64,000 bases of DNA from Octopus vulgaris (GCA_951406725.2 OX597841.1:2356001-2420000); one strand, 5' to 3'. Positions 25,698 to 39,694 are shown, counted from the first letter of the stretch. The notes: generated by a model from the letters alone, not told the origin. Numbers and translations are program-made.

Positions 25698-28640
25698 TTA
25701 ATTAAAAAGGGTCTGATTTGGCCCCATGAAGTCTTTTAGGCTCATCATAGGAACCTAGCTTGTCAGGCTCAGATGATTAAATGCAGAGATAGAGGAATTC
25801 CAAAGTGGTTACTGGAGACTAGGATGTTATTGGTCAAGGCAGGTCACATGGTGTTGTTGATAATAGTATTGAAATATGAGGGATATCAAATGCATATCTC
25901 AAGCTGTGTTTCTTGGATTGTGTGGTTGGGACATGTTGCTAGGGGTACGAATGCTCATATGCAAATGCCAGATGCACACATACACACACACAGAGACTTT
26001 CATGCAGATGTGCATACACACATTCTTACATATACTTACAAATACAGAAATGAGTATGTTCACACACACCAGACATTGGTATGCACACAAACTCATGCAT
26101 CCCAGACATGTATGCATAGACACATGCCCACAGATGGCACTAGTGCACATGTATACACACAGAGTCCTGCATATGTGTACACTCACACAGTTGATACCCA
26201 CCCTAGCAAACACGTATATACACACTGTGGAGCTGATGCCATCAGGTAACACACATATGCATTCATACAGCAGGTGAACGCACACACTATCTATTTCTTT
26301 ACTACCCACAAGGGGCTAAACATAGAGGAGACAAAAAAGAACAGACATAGGTATTAAGTCGATCATATCAACCCCAGTGCGTAACTGGTACTTATTTAAT
26401 CGACCCCGAAAGGATGAAAGGCAAAGTTCATATTGCTTAAGTTTTTGCCTCCATACTACCATACAGTGCCACCAACATCCTGTCCATTCTCATGGTCTAT
26501 AATCTTCAGATTGGGATCTCTATCTTATCTCACTGATATATCAATACTGTTATCAACAATGCTGCACAGCCCTCCTTAACCAATAGCAGCTCAATATCCA
26601 GTAAGCATCTTGACCTTCCTCAGTCTCTGCATTCAGTTGCCTTTGCCTGATAAGCTAGGTTCTTGTAATGTTTTTTAAATAAAAATTTAACTCTTAAATG
26701 TGCTGTCTCTTTCTTTTCTTTTTTCACTCTCTTGTATATATGTACTTACGTGCATGATGATGATGATGGTCGTGTACTTGTGACTGAGGAAGACTATTGC
26801 TGACCTTTAGGAACATTTTGTGCTCTAGGACTAACTTATGTTTTGCATTTGCAGCTCCAATGGTGACTAATGAGCCCTGCTCTTGACAAGCATACACGAC
26901 TGCAAACATTGGAAACCAAGATTTCCCCATTCACTACACCAGCATGCTTAAATTCTTCATGCAGAATATGTGCTCTCACATAGGTGTTGACCCCCTCCTT
27001 AACCTGCTCCCTCCATCTGTGGTGATGACAGGCATTGACATATCCTGAATGTTAGCAGGGCCTTAAAAAATCCAAACACACAGGTCCTGAGGAAAGCTGA
27101 TATGTTGAGTATTGAGGCAATGGTGCACAAACACTGGTTATGTTGGACTGGACACCTTATTAGAAGGATAGCAGGATCCCTAAACAAATGTTATATAGGG
27201 AACTTGTTAGTGAAAAGAGGCCCCAGAAGAAACAAAGGCTGCAATTTAAGGACCGTCTCAAGTTGCCATTAAAGGCCTGTGATATGTAGGAGACCGATGT
27301 ACGCACAAACATACAAATAATTTAATATTTTACTTAGACATAGTGAAACTGATAACCTGGAGTAGAACTCAAGATACATAAAGTATGAGCGTAGAGCAGT
27401 AATAGAAAACAAAGAAATGACACTGGAAAATCTAAATGTTATCTGATGAGCAACTAAGAGTTCACCACATCTATAGCACAAACAATTGTAAGCTAATGAA
27501 GTCTTTACACAACATTCAGATTTTCCATTGTCATCTCTTTATGTGTGTGGGTGTGATCATAATCATATCGCTTAACATCCATTTTCAGTGCATGCATGGG
27601 CAGAACATGTGACAGAAGCCAGCCAGGTAGAAGACTACTCCAGGTTACTATGTCTGTTTTGGCAAGGTTTTTATGGCTGGATGCTTTTTACGTGGCACCA
27701 GCACTGGCAGGATCACCAAGTAACTTGCAAGACAAGGAATTTTGAGAGGGGCAGGGGCATTTGAAGAGGGTACTTGTGTCAGAGGATGAAAGGTTAGAGT
27801 GTAACCGAGAGGCAGAGACAGAAACAGGGGTTTTGCTGTAATGGAGGAAATGATCTGGAGTCAGATGACGAAATGTCAGAGAAACTTTGTCACCACACCA
27901 TTCAGAAAGCTACAGATCAGTGTGATGAAAAATATTTTGTGGGACACAAACATCAACTGCTTAAAAAAAAAAGAATAAATGAAAAAACAAACAAACAAAC
28001 ATGTATTAGACTTTATTAATTATAGCTTTTCCCAAATATAACAATATTAGTTTCAACATACAGTTTCAGATCAATACGAATTCAAAAGCGAGAAGAAATT
28101 GCCTTTATTAAAAATATCCCAGACATAAATTATCTCACTTGTGAAAATATAGTTGTTGTGAAATAAAATGTAGTATTGGGAGGCAGTTGCCACACACTGT
28201 TGTATCTCCTTCTTTATATGAATAGATATTGATACAGATGAGCAAATTTTTATCTTATAGAGGAATTTTAACTAAAATCAATATCACTGTATGCTATAGG
28301 AGATATCTAAAGTGAGTTGCATCAAGAAGGGTCAACCAGCTGAAAATGACAGCTAAAAATACAGTGCCTCAACGTGTCAGTTATTGCTGAGATTAAAACC
28401 CACAAGGCTATTCACACTATAGGTAAAGGTCAAAATATTCGTTGTTGCTATGAAATTTTACATTGATATAGTTATACTTGTATATGAATATATACATGTC
28501 TGCATCAGTGGCTACTTTCAGTGAAAGATTTACCACATACATCAGTGACATGGTTTCTCTCCTCTAAGAATATGTTTGCATTTAGCTAATTGAAGACTTC
28601 CAGAGAATGATGTGCCATTGATATCACAATGGGATGGCTT

Positions 28641-29714
28641 TTATCTTGTATGAATACGTCTGTGTTTAGTTAAGTCACTGTTTTGAGAGAATAATTTACC
28701 ACAGATATCACAGTGAAATGGCTTTTCCCCTGTGTGAACACGTTTGTGAGAAGTCAAGGCACTACTTGTGGAGAATGATTTAGTACAGATATCACAGTGA
28801 TATGACTTCTCTCCTGTATGAATATATATGTGTTTAGCTAAGTTATTACCTTGAGAGAATGATTTATTACAGATATCACAGTGATATGGTTTCTCTCCTG
28901 AATGAATACGTTTGTGTTTTGTAAAGTCACTGCTTCTGCAGAATGATTTACCACAGATATCACAATGAAACGGCTTCTCCCCTGTGTGAATACGGCTGTG
29001 TCTAGTTAATGCACTACATTCAGAGAATGATTTACCACAGATGTCACAGAGATACCTCTTCTCTCCAGTGTGACCCCTTTTATGATCAGCCAAGTGATTA
29101 CTTACAGAGAATGATTTACCACAGATGTGACAGAGATATCTCTTTTCCTCTGTATGAATACTTTTGTGATCAGCTAAGTGGTTACTTAGAGAGAATGATT
29201 TACCACAGATATCACAGCGATATGACTTCTCTCCTGTATGAATATGCTTGTGTTTAGTTAAGACATAACTTTCAGAGAATGATTTACCACAGATATCACA
29301 ACAATAGGGCTTCTCTCCTGAATGAACACGTTTGTGAGAAGTGACATGGTAACTTCGAGAGAATGATTTACCACAGATATCACAGTGATATGGCTTCTCT
29401 CCTGTATGAAAACGTTTCTGTGTAGTTAAGACAACACTTTGAGAGAAGGATTTACCACAGATATCACAATGATATGGTTTTTCACCTGTATGAATGCGTA
29501 CATGCCTAGTTAAGTCAATACTTCCAGTGAATGATTTACCACAAATATCACAATGATATGGCTTCTCCCCTGTATGAATACGTTTGTGAGTATTCAGGTT
29601 ACCTTTTTGAGAGAATGACTTTTTACAGGTATCACAGTTGTATGACAATTTACTTTTCTCTTTTATCGTACCTTCAGGAAAAATCATTTCCTCAGATTTC
29701 TCGATCTTTTCCAT
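28641..29714 (-). CDS. Tandem C2H2 zinc-finger protein (12 fingers)
   Basis: 357-aa finger ORF; ends HTR-stop inside a linker; decayed fingers follow at about 28480-28640. Confidence 0.9.
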   Translation of the reverse strand: MEKIEKSEEMIFPEGTIKEKSKLSYNCDTCKKSFSQKGNLNTHKRIHTGEKPYHCDICGKSFTGSIDLTRHVRIHTGEKPYHCDICGKSFSQSVVLTTQKRFHTGEKPYHCDICGKSFSRSYHVTSHKRVHSGEKPYCCDICGKSFSESYVLTKHKHIHTGEKSYRCDICGKSFSLSNHLADHKSIHTEEKRYLCHICGKSFSVSNHLADHKRGHTGEKRYLCDICGKSFSECSALTRHSRIHTGEKPFHCDICGKSFCRSSDFTKHKRIHSGEKPYHCDICNKSFSQGNNLAKHIYIHTGEKSYHCDICTKSFSTSSALTSHKRVHTGEKPFHCDICGKLFSQNSDLTKHRRIHTR

Positions 29715-30205
29715 TATTTACCTTCTCAAATCACAATGCATATATATTTCTTGCTTTTGTTCTTGTACTTTATTCTTTACAATTATACATACTGCTGTAT
29801 TTTTGTCTAGTGTTACCTTTGTCTAAGAACTCTTGTAAATTTATTCAAGTTTAGTTTACACAATCTCATCTTGTAGACACTACAATCAGTGTAGTACACA
29901 TTTTGCTAATAATCACAGTTCAGAGGAAATATTTCACAGTAATTTTGCCAAAGATTTATAGAAATAGTGTTATATATCTCTTCAGTACAACATTTTTCTT
30001 CAGTCTTCAAAAGATGATAGATAAGGAGCATATATCTCTTGGTATCCCAAACGTCATCTGATATTCTGAAATAATAAAGAAACAACAGTGAAAGATATAG
30101 AGGTTACTTTATAAGTACAGATTCAACAGTGGAAAATCTACAACACGTCTGTAGAGAGGAACTGTAGAAATAAACATCTACCTCACAACTGAACTTTTTA
30201 ATTTA

Positions 30206-30240
30206 CTAGCAGAGACACCTGGTGTTGTCCGCGAATGAAA
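30206..30240 (-). mobile_element. Helitron-like 3' terminus in intron 1 of ZNF 28641-29714
   Basis: Minus strand reads GCGGACAACACCAGG...CTGCTAG|T, resembling the 3' end at 50313-50340; homology to the paralogous intron (17270-17290) breaks here. Confidence 0.45.
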
Positions 30241-30727
30241 TTTTGTATATTTTGGAAGAAAAAAGCAAAATATGTTGTATAAACATTTGTGATTCTAAAT
30301 TCAATTTATTCTTCAATTGAGATACAATTTATTCCTTAATTGGAAAATCAATTCTGAATTTATAATACAAAAATAATAATGATGATGATGATGATGATAA
30401 TAAAACGAAAATACAAAATTAACCCCTTTCTGAAAGGAGATAAATTCTACCGAAGTCCTCTCCCCACCCCTAGGAAAAGATTTTACCCATAAATTTCGTT
30501 ATAATCGTAATGTATGCCGTTTCAAAGGTATTCATATAAAATTTCATTTAAAAAAAATAAAACCATTTTCCTAAAAGTTATTAGGGAAAACTCGGATCTT
30601 GTGAATTTTCCGAATTCCTCTCCCCATCCCGCCGTTTCTTTCCACGCATTTTTGCTTTCATTTTCGTTTCCTGCTCCCCATTTTTTAACACCCGTTGCAC
30701 TATTTTTTTTTTTTGACGACATCACTC

Positions 30728-32493
30728 TTCCATAGCTAGAAATAGCAGCCAAATCTCGCACAAATCATAGACACCTCTCTTTCATAGCTAGAAATAGCAG
30801 CCAAATCTCGCACAAATCATAGACACCTCTCTTCCATAGCTAGAAATAGCAGCCAAATCTCGCACAAATCATAGACACTTCTCTTCCATAGCTAGAAATA
30901 GCAGCCAAATCTCGCACAAATCATAGACACCTCTCTTCCATAGCTAGAAATAGCAGCCAAATCTCGCACAAATCATAGACACTTCTCTTCCATAGCTAGA
31001 AATAGCAGCCAAATCTAACACAAATCATAGACACTTCTCTTCCATAGCTAGAAATAGCAGCCAAATCTCGCACAAATCATAGACACTTCTCTTCCATAGC
31101 TAGAAATAGCAGCCAAATCTAACACAAATCATAGACACCTCTCTTCCATAGCTAGAAATAGCAGCCAAATCTCGCACAAATCATAGACACTTCTCTTCCA
31201 TAGCTAGAAATAGCAGCCAAATCTAACACAAATCATAGACACTTCTCTTCCATAGCTAGAAATAGCAGCCAAATTTCGCACAAATCTTAGACACCTCTCT
31301 TCCATAGCTAGAAATAGCAGCCAAATCTCGCACAAATCATATAGACACCTCTCTTCCATAGCTAGAAATAGCAGCCAATCTCGCACAAATCAAAGACACC
31401 TCTCTTCCATAGCTGGAAATAGCAGCCAAATCTCGCACAAATCATAGACACCTCTCTTCCATAGCTAGAAATAGCAGCCAAATCTCGCACAAATTATAGA
31501 CACCTCTCTTCCATAGCTGGAAATAGCAGCCAAATCTCGCACAAATCATAGACACCTCTCTTCCATAGCTAGAAATAGCAGCCAAATCTCGCACAAATCA
31601 TAGACACTTCTCTTCCATAGCTAGAAATAGCAGCCAAATCTCGCACAAATCATAGACACCTCTCTTCCATAGCTAGAAATAGCAGCCAAATCTCGCACAA
31701 ATCATAGACACTTCTCTTCCATAGCTAGAAATAGCAGCCAAATTTCGCACAAATCTTAGACACCTCTCTTCCATAGCTAGAAATAGCAGCCAAATCTCGC
31801 ACAAATCATATAGACACCTCTCTTCCATAGCTAGAAATAGCAGCCAATCTCGCACAAATCAAAGACACCTCTCTTCCATAGCTAGAAATAGCAGCCAAAT
31901 CTCGCACAAATCATAGACACCTCTCTTCCATAGCTAGAAATAGCAGCCAAATCTCGCACAAATCATAGACACCTCTCTTCCATAGCTAAAAATAGCAGCC
32001 AAATCTCGCACAAATCAAAGACACCTCTCTTCCATAGCTAGAAATAGCAGCCAAATTTCGCACAAATCATAGACACCTCTCTTCCATAGCTAGAAATAGC
32101 AGCCAAATTTCGCACAAATCATAGACACCTCTCTTCCATAGCTAGAAATAGCAGCCAAATCTCGCACAAATCATAGACACCTCTTCCATAGCTGGAAATA
32201 GCAGCCAAATCTCGCACAAATCATAGACACCTCTCTTCCATAGCTAGAAATAGCAGCCAAATCTCGCACAAATCATAGACACCTCTCTTCCATAGCTAGA
32301 AATAGCAGCCAAATCTCGCACAAATCATATAGACACCTCTCTTCCATAGCTAGAAATAGCAGCCAAATCTCGCACAAATTATATAGACACTTCTCTTCCA
32401 TAGCTAGAAATAGCAGCTAAATCTCGCACAAATCATAGACACCTATCTTCCATAGCTAGAAATAGCAGCCAAATCTCGCACAAATCATAGACA
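30728..32493. repeat. 52-bp minisatellite, about 34 highly homogeneous units
   Basis: Unit CATAGCTAGAAATAGCAGCCAAATCTCGCACAAATCATAGACACCTCTCTTC; starts at 30731, 30783, etc. Confidence 0.97.
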
Positions 32494-32710
32494 TCATTCA
32501 TTCATAAAAGATAGAAAAAACACAAAGAATCGAGACGTCAAATATCGAAAGTCTACAGAATTAAAAAGACTGAATATTTTCCTTGTTTAATACTTACAGC
32601 AATGTTTTATAAAGGATAGTGTTGTTTACAAAGTATTATAAATGTATTCATAAATTCAAGCAATGGACATAAATAATTCGATGCTAAAATGGAAAGAGAT
32701 GGACGCACAG

Positions 32711-32721
32711 TGCGCATGCGC
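32711..32721 (-). promoter_or_regulatory. NRF1-like site TGCGCATGCGC, putative promoter of ZNF 28641-29714
   Basis: Consensus motif; GTAAGT donor at 32597; acceptor at 30066. Confidence 0.6.
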
Positions 32722-32988
32722 GTTTTTGGACTCGATGTTTCCATTAGTTCACTCTGTTTACCTCCCTTGATGTTTCATGTCGGTCTTTACGTCGCCCGTA
32801 TTGAGTGCGTCTCATTATAGCATCTCTGGGTTAAATTTCTAGAAGACATCTTTACTGTGCAAATTAAAAGCACACATGTAGACATGAATATATATACAGA
32901 CACATTCATGCAGTACATGCATAAGTAGTATATATTTACAGATATATATATATATATATACTTTATTTTAAGCAGCAGAAAATTCAAC

Positions 32989-33036
32989 AAAATCTGTTAC
33001 TCTGAGTTTCTCGTTGCCGTTCATCAGACAGTTTTT
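32989..33036 (-). ncRNA. Minimal type I hammerhead ribozyme-like motif
   Basis: ctgt-CTGATGA-acggcaacga-GAAA-ctcagag-TA-acag; closing pair of stem II mismatched. Confidence 0.55.
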
Positions 33037-33154
33037 GCTAGCAAAAACTGCTTAAAATAAAGCATATTACTCTACCCCTGGTATCTGAGTACTCTTTTTT
33101 CCACCTTGTTTCACATTTATGTGTTTACTCCGGTATATATATATATATATACTC

Positions 33155-33543
33155 TCTCTTTTACTTTTACTTGTTTCAGTCATTTGACTGCGGCCATGCT
33201 GGAGCACCGCCTTTAGTCGAGCAGATCGACCCCGGAACTTATTCTTTTGTAAGCCCAGTACTTATTCAATCGGTCTCTTGTGCCGAACCGCTAAGTTACG
33301 GGGACGTAAACATACCAGCATCGGTTGTCAAGCAATGCTAGGGGACAAACACACACACACATATATATATATACATATATACGACAGGCTTCTTCAGTTT
33401 CCGTCTACCAAATCCACTCACAAGGCATTGGTCGGCCCGGGGCTATAGCAGAAGACACTTGCCCAAGATGCCACGCAGTGGGACTGAACCCGGAACCATA
33501 TGGTTGGTTAGCAAGCTACTTACCACACAGCCACTCCTGCGCC
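33155..33543 (-). mobile_element. SINE family A
   Basis: Full head-to-tail similarity to 8062-8475. Confidence 0.85.
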
Positions 33544-34043
33544 TATGTATAATATTTATATATTATTTTTTTAGGGAATAAAAATTCCGGGATCTTTGAT
33601 TTTAGCTCAATAGAGGCAATAGGATTGGTTAAAATTCGAAAACGTAGCTTAATTCGAAAAATTAAGCTACGTTAAACTTACAAATTACAATTTTCTCAAG
33701 AAAGCCAAGAGAAAAAAAAATGTGGAATCCAATGTGGATCCCAACAAATATCTTACAAACTATAGAATTTTCTCAATAAAGCCAAGAGAAAAAGATGTTT
33801 TATAAACACATTCTACCAGTATACGAAGTTTAAAAGTGTTTAGTTAACTAGAAATTGTGTTAAAAATCTGCCGGTCAAAGCGAAAAGATCCAAATAAAGT
33901 TTGCCTTTCACCTTTTTGCTGGGGTTCAATAAAATAAATACCAGTTAACAACTGAGGTCCGCGGTAATCGACTTACGCACCCTCCCCTCCCCCGAAATTG
34001 CTGGCATTGTGCCAAAATGTGAATATCTCACACCTATTACATA

Positions 34044-34072
34044 CGCATGCGCACTAAGCCTATTTCCGCTTC
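34044..34072 (+). promoter_or_regulatory. NRF1-like site CGCATGCGCA plus TTTCCG, putative promoter of ZNF 37660-38775
   Basis: Motif; GTAAGT donor at 34207; acceptor TTATTTCAG ending 37300. Confidence 0.6.
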
Positions 34073-35689
34073 TATTCATTACATCTTGACAAGCTTTGTT
34101 TGGCGCCAGAATTTCTATTAATTCACTCGGCAATACATTTATAAAACATTTCTCTACCACCTGACGCACTCATAACAACGACACCATCTTTTATAAAGAC
34201 ATTTCCGTAAGTATTAAACAATGAAAACATTTAATCTTTCAATAATTCGTGTATCAGATTTTGTTCCACATTTAGCTGCTATTTCTAGCTATGGTGGTTA
34301 CCTTCTACTCTCTCCATCGTTTCCTCTTAAGTTTGTTGGGTATTTTAGTTGGAGAAATATTCCCAAATACTCTACAACCCCAGAAATGTTGAGAAACGAA
34401 TGTTTTATTATAATTTATCGAATGTTCGTTTCTTGGTATCGGGAAGGGGAAGAAATAAGTAAGCGGGGCAAAATGAGTAATTTCTTATTATTTTCTTACC
34501 ATTATGACATTGGTTAGAAAGATTTCAACTGAAATCATTGTAGGTTTTAGCCAGAATTATTCTAAAGGACATTTCAGAACTCTTCTGGAAACTTCCGTGG
34601 GATGTTATAAAATCCTGGGCTTTTTTTCCGATTTTTACTTAGTGAATCGCTTGCTTTCTGGAAGCTACTCACTCCCACATACAGTTCTTGTTGTAAAATT
34701 AAAGATACCCGACGTTGCTTTCCTCCATAATGACCAAAAGTCATAAAGGTATAAACTTGAAGAAAGAAAGCCTTGCATATTCGTTCTACACCCGTTTCAT
34801 GTGTGTATGTAAAATCCGCAAATTTCCAAACAGAATCGAACTGTCATTTGCTTCCACGGAAATATCCGAAGTGAAATGGTTTGACTTTTGTCGAGTTATA
34901 TCGAAGGAATGCCGTCATAAGTCTTGTACTAGCTTCAGATTTGTTTGAATGAAACTGAGAGGTGCTTTAATTCTTGTCATCTCTGTGGGACGTAGCTTTC
35001 AGACCGGAATTTAGGGCCGCCTTCCCGTTTAATCACATAGTTCTTTATTGACGAATGGAAATTACTCTCCAGTATTTATATGGAATTGAATTTGGTAAAA
35101 TGAACGAGAACCAAATGAAAATATCTTTGGAATTGACGCTTTAATACGTCTCCAGGAAAGGTATTTGACCGCTCTTGTCATTTTATCAAGAGCAAGTAGT
35201 AAAAGAAATCAGTTTTAAGTGAAAAAATGTTTCCGAAAGTCATGGGAGCTGTGCTGTTTTCTGATTTTGTAAATATGCCGACAGGTGGAGTTTGAAAAGG
35301 GGCTCAGAGTTATTGTTAATGAGATGGTTAATAATTTTATGGGTGTCTGCATATGCAGTAATGTACAAATGTCTGGGAAGTGAACAGTGTATGAGTCAGA
35401 TACATGCTTGCGTGTGTATGGAGGGGAGAAAATCAGGTGTAGTGTTGACGAATCTCAGAAAGCATGGAAGTTTTGAAGGATGCAGTGCTCCAACAACTAA
35501 CAACTGATGCCGGCAGTTTGTTCCATGCTTCAGCAACTCTCAGCGTGAAAAAATGTTTCCTAAAGTCATGGGAGCTGTGCTGTTTTCTGACTTTGTAAAT
35601 ATGTCCACGGGTGTTAGACAGGTGGAGTTCAAAAAGGGGCTCAGAGTTATTGTTTGTAAGATGGTTAAATGAAGGGCACATGTCAATCC

Positions 35690-35976
35690 CAACATCCGAA
35701 TCGTAGCCGAAGCCAGTGCCGCCTCGACTGGCTTCCATAAAATGCACCAATCCGACCGTGGCCGATGCCAGCCTCGCCTGGCACCAGTGCAGGTGGCACG
35801 TAAAAAGCACCCACTACACTCACGGAGTGGTTGGCGTTAGGAAGGGCATCCAGCTGTAGAAACTTTGCCAGATAAGACCGGAGCCTGGTGCAGCCTTCTG
35901 GCTTCCCAGATCTCCAGTCGAACCGTCCAACCCATGCTAGCATGGAGAACGGACGTTAAATGATGATGATGATGAT
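35690..35976 (+). mobile_element. SINE family B, adjacent to CR1 3' fragments (about 35220-35670)
   Basis: Same 3' end; neighbouring ORF contains RKHFFTLRVAEAWNKLP. Confidence 0.75.
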
Positions 35977-36800
35977 CTTTGTGGGAATATCTCATTCAAC
36001 CATAATAAATATGAAGACAGCCAAATAGAAACTGAAGAACATCTACACCACTTTCTGCATCGAATGTTTGTTTCTTGATATAGAGAAAGGGAACAAAAAT
36101 TAGTAGGTGGGGCAAAATGAGTAATTTCTTTCGCCTTTTTTTAAATTTTTTCTCTTTTTTTTCCCTTCAGTCTTTAAAGTCATTATGTTTTCAGTATTGA
36201 CCTCTTTGGTGGGAAACCTGACTGCTGAGAAGCAAGCAGATGACTTAGTGGCAACTGAGAGGAGAGAAACAGCCCTATAATTGTTGCAGTTATGGTAGGC
36301 CCCTTTACCCTCCTACAATGGGATAATGACACCTCTTTCCCTGTCAGGCTTTTCTAATTCCAATCAACACAACAGCCTACTCTTCAAATTAACATGTAAG
36401 TGGCTGAGCACCCCACAGACACGCTCACCCATAACGGAGCTCTCAGATATTAAGCATGTGACCATATGATAAGGCTGGCCCTTCAAATTACTCGTACAAT
36501 TCAGTTTTGTCAGCTGAGTGAACCTGGAGCAACATGTCTTGCTCAACAACACAGCACACTGCTGGGAATTGAAATTATGACCTTATTAGGGGCTGATTGC
36601 TCAGACCACTAACCCCAATACCTTCACATACACACACATGTATATACATACACATACATATATATTAACGTGTAAGCATATATATATATGTTTCCAGGTT
36701 CAGTCCCACTGCGTACCTACTTAGGCAAGTATTTTATACAATAGACATTAGCCGACCAAATCCTTGTGATTGGATTTGGTAGATAGAAACTGAAGGAAGC

Positions 36801-36844
<44 letters not shown>

Positions 36845-37659
36845 TGAGTATTTATGTGTATATACATATATATCTCTGTGTGTCTTTGTGACTGTTTGAC
36901 GCCCCACCAACACTTGATAACCAGTGTTGGTGTGTATATGTCACCATTATTTAGTGGTTTCACAAAAGAGGCCAATATAAGTACTAGGCTCAAAAGTGAA
37001 GTCCTAGGGTTGATTTGATCAACTAACACCCTCTAAGGTGATGCTCCAGTAGAGCCACAGCCAAAACAACTGATACAAGGAAAAGTATATATATATATAT
37101 ATGTGTGTGTGTGAATGTGTAGCTGGAGTTTAAAAATATGTTAGCTTCACAGAAGATTTTCTGATGTAAATTCTAATAAATTAGAAAGTTCTGTTGTTCA
37201 GTTAAATGTTTATTTCTAGAATTTATCTCTATGGAAATGTTGAATCTGTATTTTTTAAGTAGCCTCTCTATCTTACACTGTTGTTTCTTTATTATTTCAG
37301 AATATCAGATGACATTGGCATAACTGAAGATACATCCTCATTATTTATCATCTTTTTAAAGACCAAAATGGAAATATTGTACAGAACAGATATATAAGAT
37401 TGTTTTTCTAAATCTATGGCAGAATTCCTCTGATATATTTACTCTGAAATGTATTATTTGCAAACCTTCTGGACATCACTGGCTGGAGTGTCTACAAGAT
37501 GAGTCTTTGTGCAAACTAAACTTGGATAAATTTACTAAAGAACTTTGGGACAAAGGTGATAAGGGACAGAAATAGAGCAGTCGAAATATTTGGAAACAAA
37601 AGACTATAGAATCAAAAAGGTGAAAAAAGATTATATACTGTGATTTTTGAAGAAAAATA

Positions 37660-38775
37660 ATGGAAAAGAGTGAGAAAATAAAGAAACTGATTTTTCCAGA
37701 AAATAGAGAAAAAGGGAGCCAAAAATTGTCACATGAGTGTGATGTCTGTAAAAAGTCTTTCTCTCAAAAGAGCAGCTTGAATACGCACAAACGTATTCAT
37801 AGAGGAGAGAAGCCATTTCATTGTGACATTTGTGATAAATCATTCTCTCAGAGTTGTAACTTGAGTACACACAAACGTATTCATACAGGAGAGAAGCCAT
37901 TTCACTGTAATGTCTGTAGTAGGTCATTCTCTAACCACAATGCTTTAAATTCTCATATACGTGTTCATACAGGGGAGAAGCCATTTCACTGTGACACTTG
38001 TGGTAAATCATTCTCTATAAATGTTTCACTGACTAAACACAAACGTATTCATACTGGAGAGAAGCCATATCACTGTGATGTCTGTGGTAAATCATTCACT
38101 CAAAATGGTAATTTATCTATACACAAGCAAATTCATACAGGAGAGAAGCCATTTCACTGTGATGTCTGTGGTACATCATTCTCTCAGCGGAGTTCTTTAG
38201 ATTCTCACAAGCGTTTTCATACAGGAGAGAAGCCATTTCACTGTGACATCTGTGACAAATCATTCCGGGGAAAAGACAGCTTGACCAAACACCGACGTAT
38301 TCATATAGGAGATAAGCCATATGACTGTGACATTTGTGGTATATCATTCCCTCAGAAAGGTAGCTTGACTTCACACAAACGTATTCATACTGGAGAAAAG
38401 CCGTTTCACTGTAATGTCTGCAGTGCATCATTCTCTCAGCAAAGTGCCTTGGAGTCTCACATACGTGTTCATACAGGAGAGAAGCCATTTCACTGTGACA
38501 TCTGTGGTAAATCTTTCCCTCAAAGTAATAACTTGACTATACACCAACTTGTTCATACAGGAGAGAAACCGTTTCACTGTGACACTTGTGGTAAATCATT
38601 CTCTCAAAAAAGTAACTTGACTAGGCACATACGTGTTCATACAGCAGAGAAGCCCTATCACTGTGATATCTGTGGTACATCATTCTCAGACCAAAGTGTT
38701 TTAAAATGTCACAAACGTAATCATGCCAGCGAGAGGCCTTATCACTGTGGTGTACTCGTATACATGCTCATATAG
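37660..38775 (+). CDS. Tandem C2H2 zinc-finger protein (12 intact fingers; truncated from a longer array)
   Basis: 371-aa finger ORF starting MEKSEK; degenerate finger sequence continues past the stop. Confidence 0.88.
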   Translation: MEKSEKIKKLIFPENREKGSQKLSHECDVCKKSFSQKSSLNTHKRIHRGEKPFHCDICDKSFSQSCNLSTHKRIHTGEKPFHCNVCSRSFSNHNALNSHIRVHTGEKPFHCDTCGKSFSINVSLTKHKRIHTGEKPYHCDVCGKSFTQNGNLSIHKQIHTGEKPFHCDVCGTSFSQRSSLDSHKRFHTGEKPFHCDICDKSFRGKDSLTKHRRIHIGDKPYDCDICGISFPQKGSLTSHKRIHTGEKPFHCNVCSASFSQQSALESHIRVHTGEKPFHCDICGKSFPQSNNLTIHQLVHTGEKPFHCDTCGKSFSQKSNLTRHIRVHTAEKPYHCDICGTSFSDQSVLKCHKRNHASERPYHCGVLVYMLI

Positions 38776-38939
38776 GATAGAAACCATATCATTTGTAGTA
38801 AATCCTTCTCTCAAAGTAGTGCTTAACTTCTCACAAACATTTTCATTCAAGAGAGACACCATATTCCTGTAACATCTCTTCTCTTTCATCAGTGCTTTAA
38901 CTCATGAAGGTATTCATACAAAAGCCATGTTACTGTGAC

Positions 38940-39174
38940 ATCATCATCATCATCATTTAACGTCTGCTTTTCATGCTAGCATGGGTTGGACGGTTCGACC
39001 GGGAATCTGGGAAGCCAGAAGGCTGCACCAGGCTCCAGTCTGATCTGGCAGTGTTTTTACCGCTGGATGCCCTTCCTAATGCCAACCACTCCGTGAGTGT
39101 AGTGGGTGCTTTTTACGTGCCAGGGGAAGCTGGCAACGGCCACGATCGGATTGGTGCTTTTTACGTGTCACCGG
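38940..39174 (-). mobile_element. SINE family B inserted in decayed ZNF array
   Basis: (CAT)n then reverse complement of the family B 3' end. Confidence 0.75.
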
Positions 39175-39206
39175 CTGGTTTAAATGCTAAACGGTTAACA
39201 CTAGAA

Positions 39207-39694
39207 CAGTGGTTCCCAAACTTTTTAGAGTCGCGACCCACTATTTATCACACCAGTTTATGACGACCCACTTAACTCTACTGAGTAAAAGCATTAATGA
39301 AATTAAGAAATTTATTTCAGATTACATCTTCAGTGAGGCCTGTGAGAAGGATGATCCTGTCTCTTGCTACGCTCAATAATAGAATCAACATCAGGTTCAA
39401 TGCGTCCTGGTGATCACTCCTATACTTTTTAAATAATTTATAAACTTTCTGGGTGTATAAGGAACCTTACTGATGTTGGGGCCACAATGAAATGCAGCCT
39501 GCACTTTTTTAAGAGGGTAGCAAAAGAGCAGAAGCATCATGAAGTCAAAAGAATCCTTTAGTCTAGTTCAGTGGTTCCCAAACTTTTTAGAGTCGTGACC
39601 CACTATTTATCACACCAGTTTATGACGACCCACTTAACTCTACTGAGTAAAAACATTAATGAAATTAAGAAATTTATTTCAGATTACGTCTTCA
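39207..39694 (+). mobile_element. Two direct copies of a hAT-type MITE end
   Basis: CAGTGGTTCCCAAACTTTT... about 125-bp direct repeats at 39207 and 39569. Confidence 0.65.

Noticed and set aside
25773-26309. Overlapping 130-160 aa ORFs
   Set aside because: Degenerate CA/TA-rich low-complexity sequence with no recognisable domain.
31204-31855. Peptides encoded by the 52-bp repeat (MEERCL..., LAAISSY)
   Set aside because: Unit length is not a multiple of three, stops recur regularly, and the array lies in a predicted intron.
30728-32493. CRISPR-like look of the 52-bp arrays, and a 14-nt match (AGCTAGAAATAGCA) to the SpCas9 sgRNA scaffold
   Set aside because: The intervening parts are homologous to each other rather than unique spacers, no cas genes are present, and the rest of the scaffold is absent.
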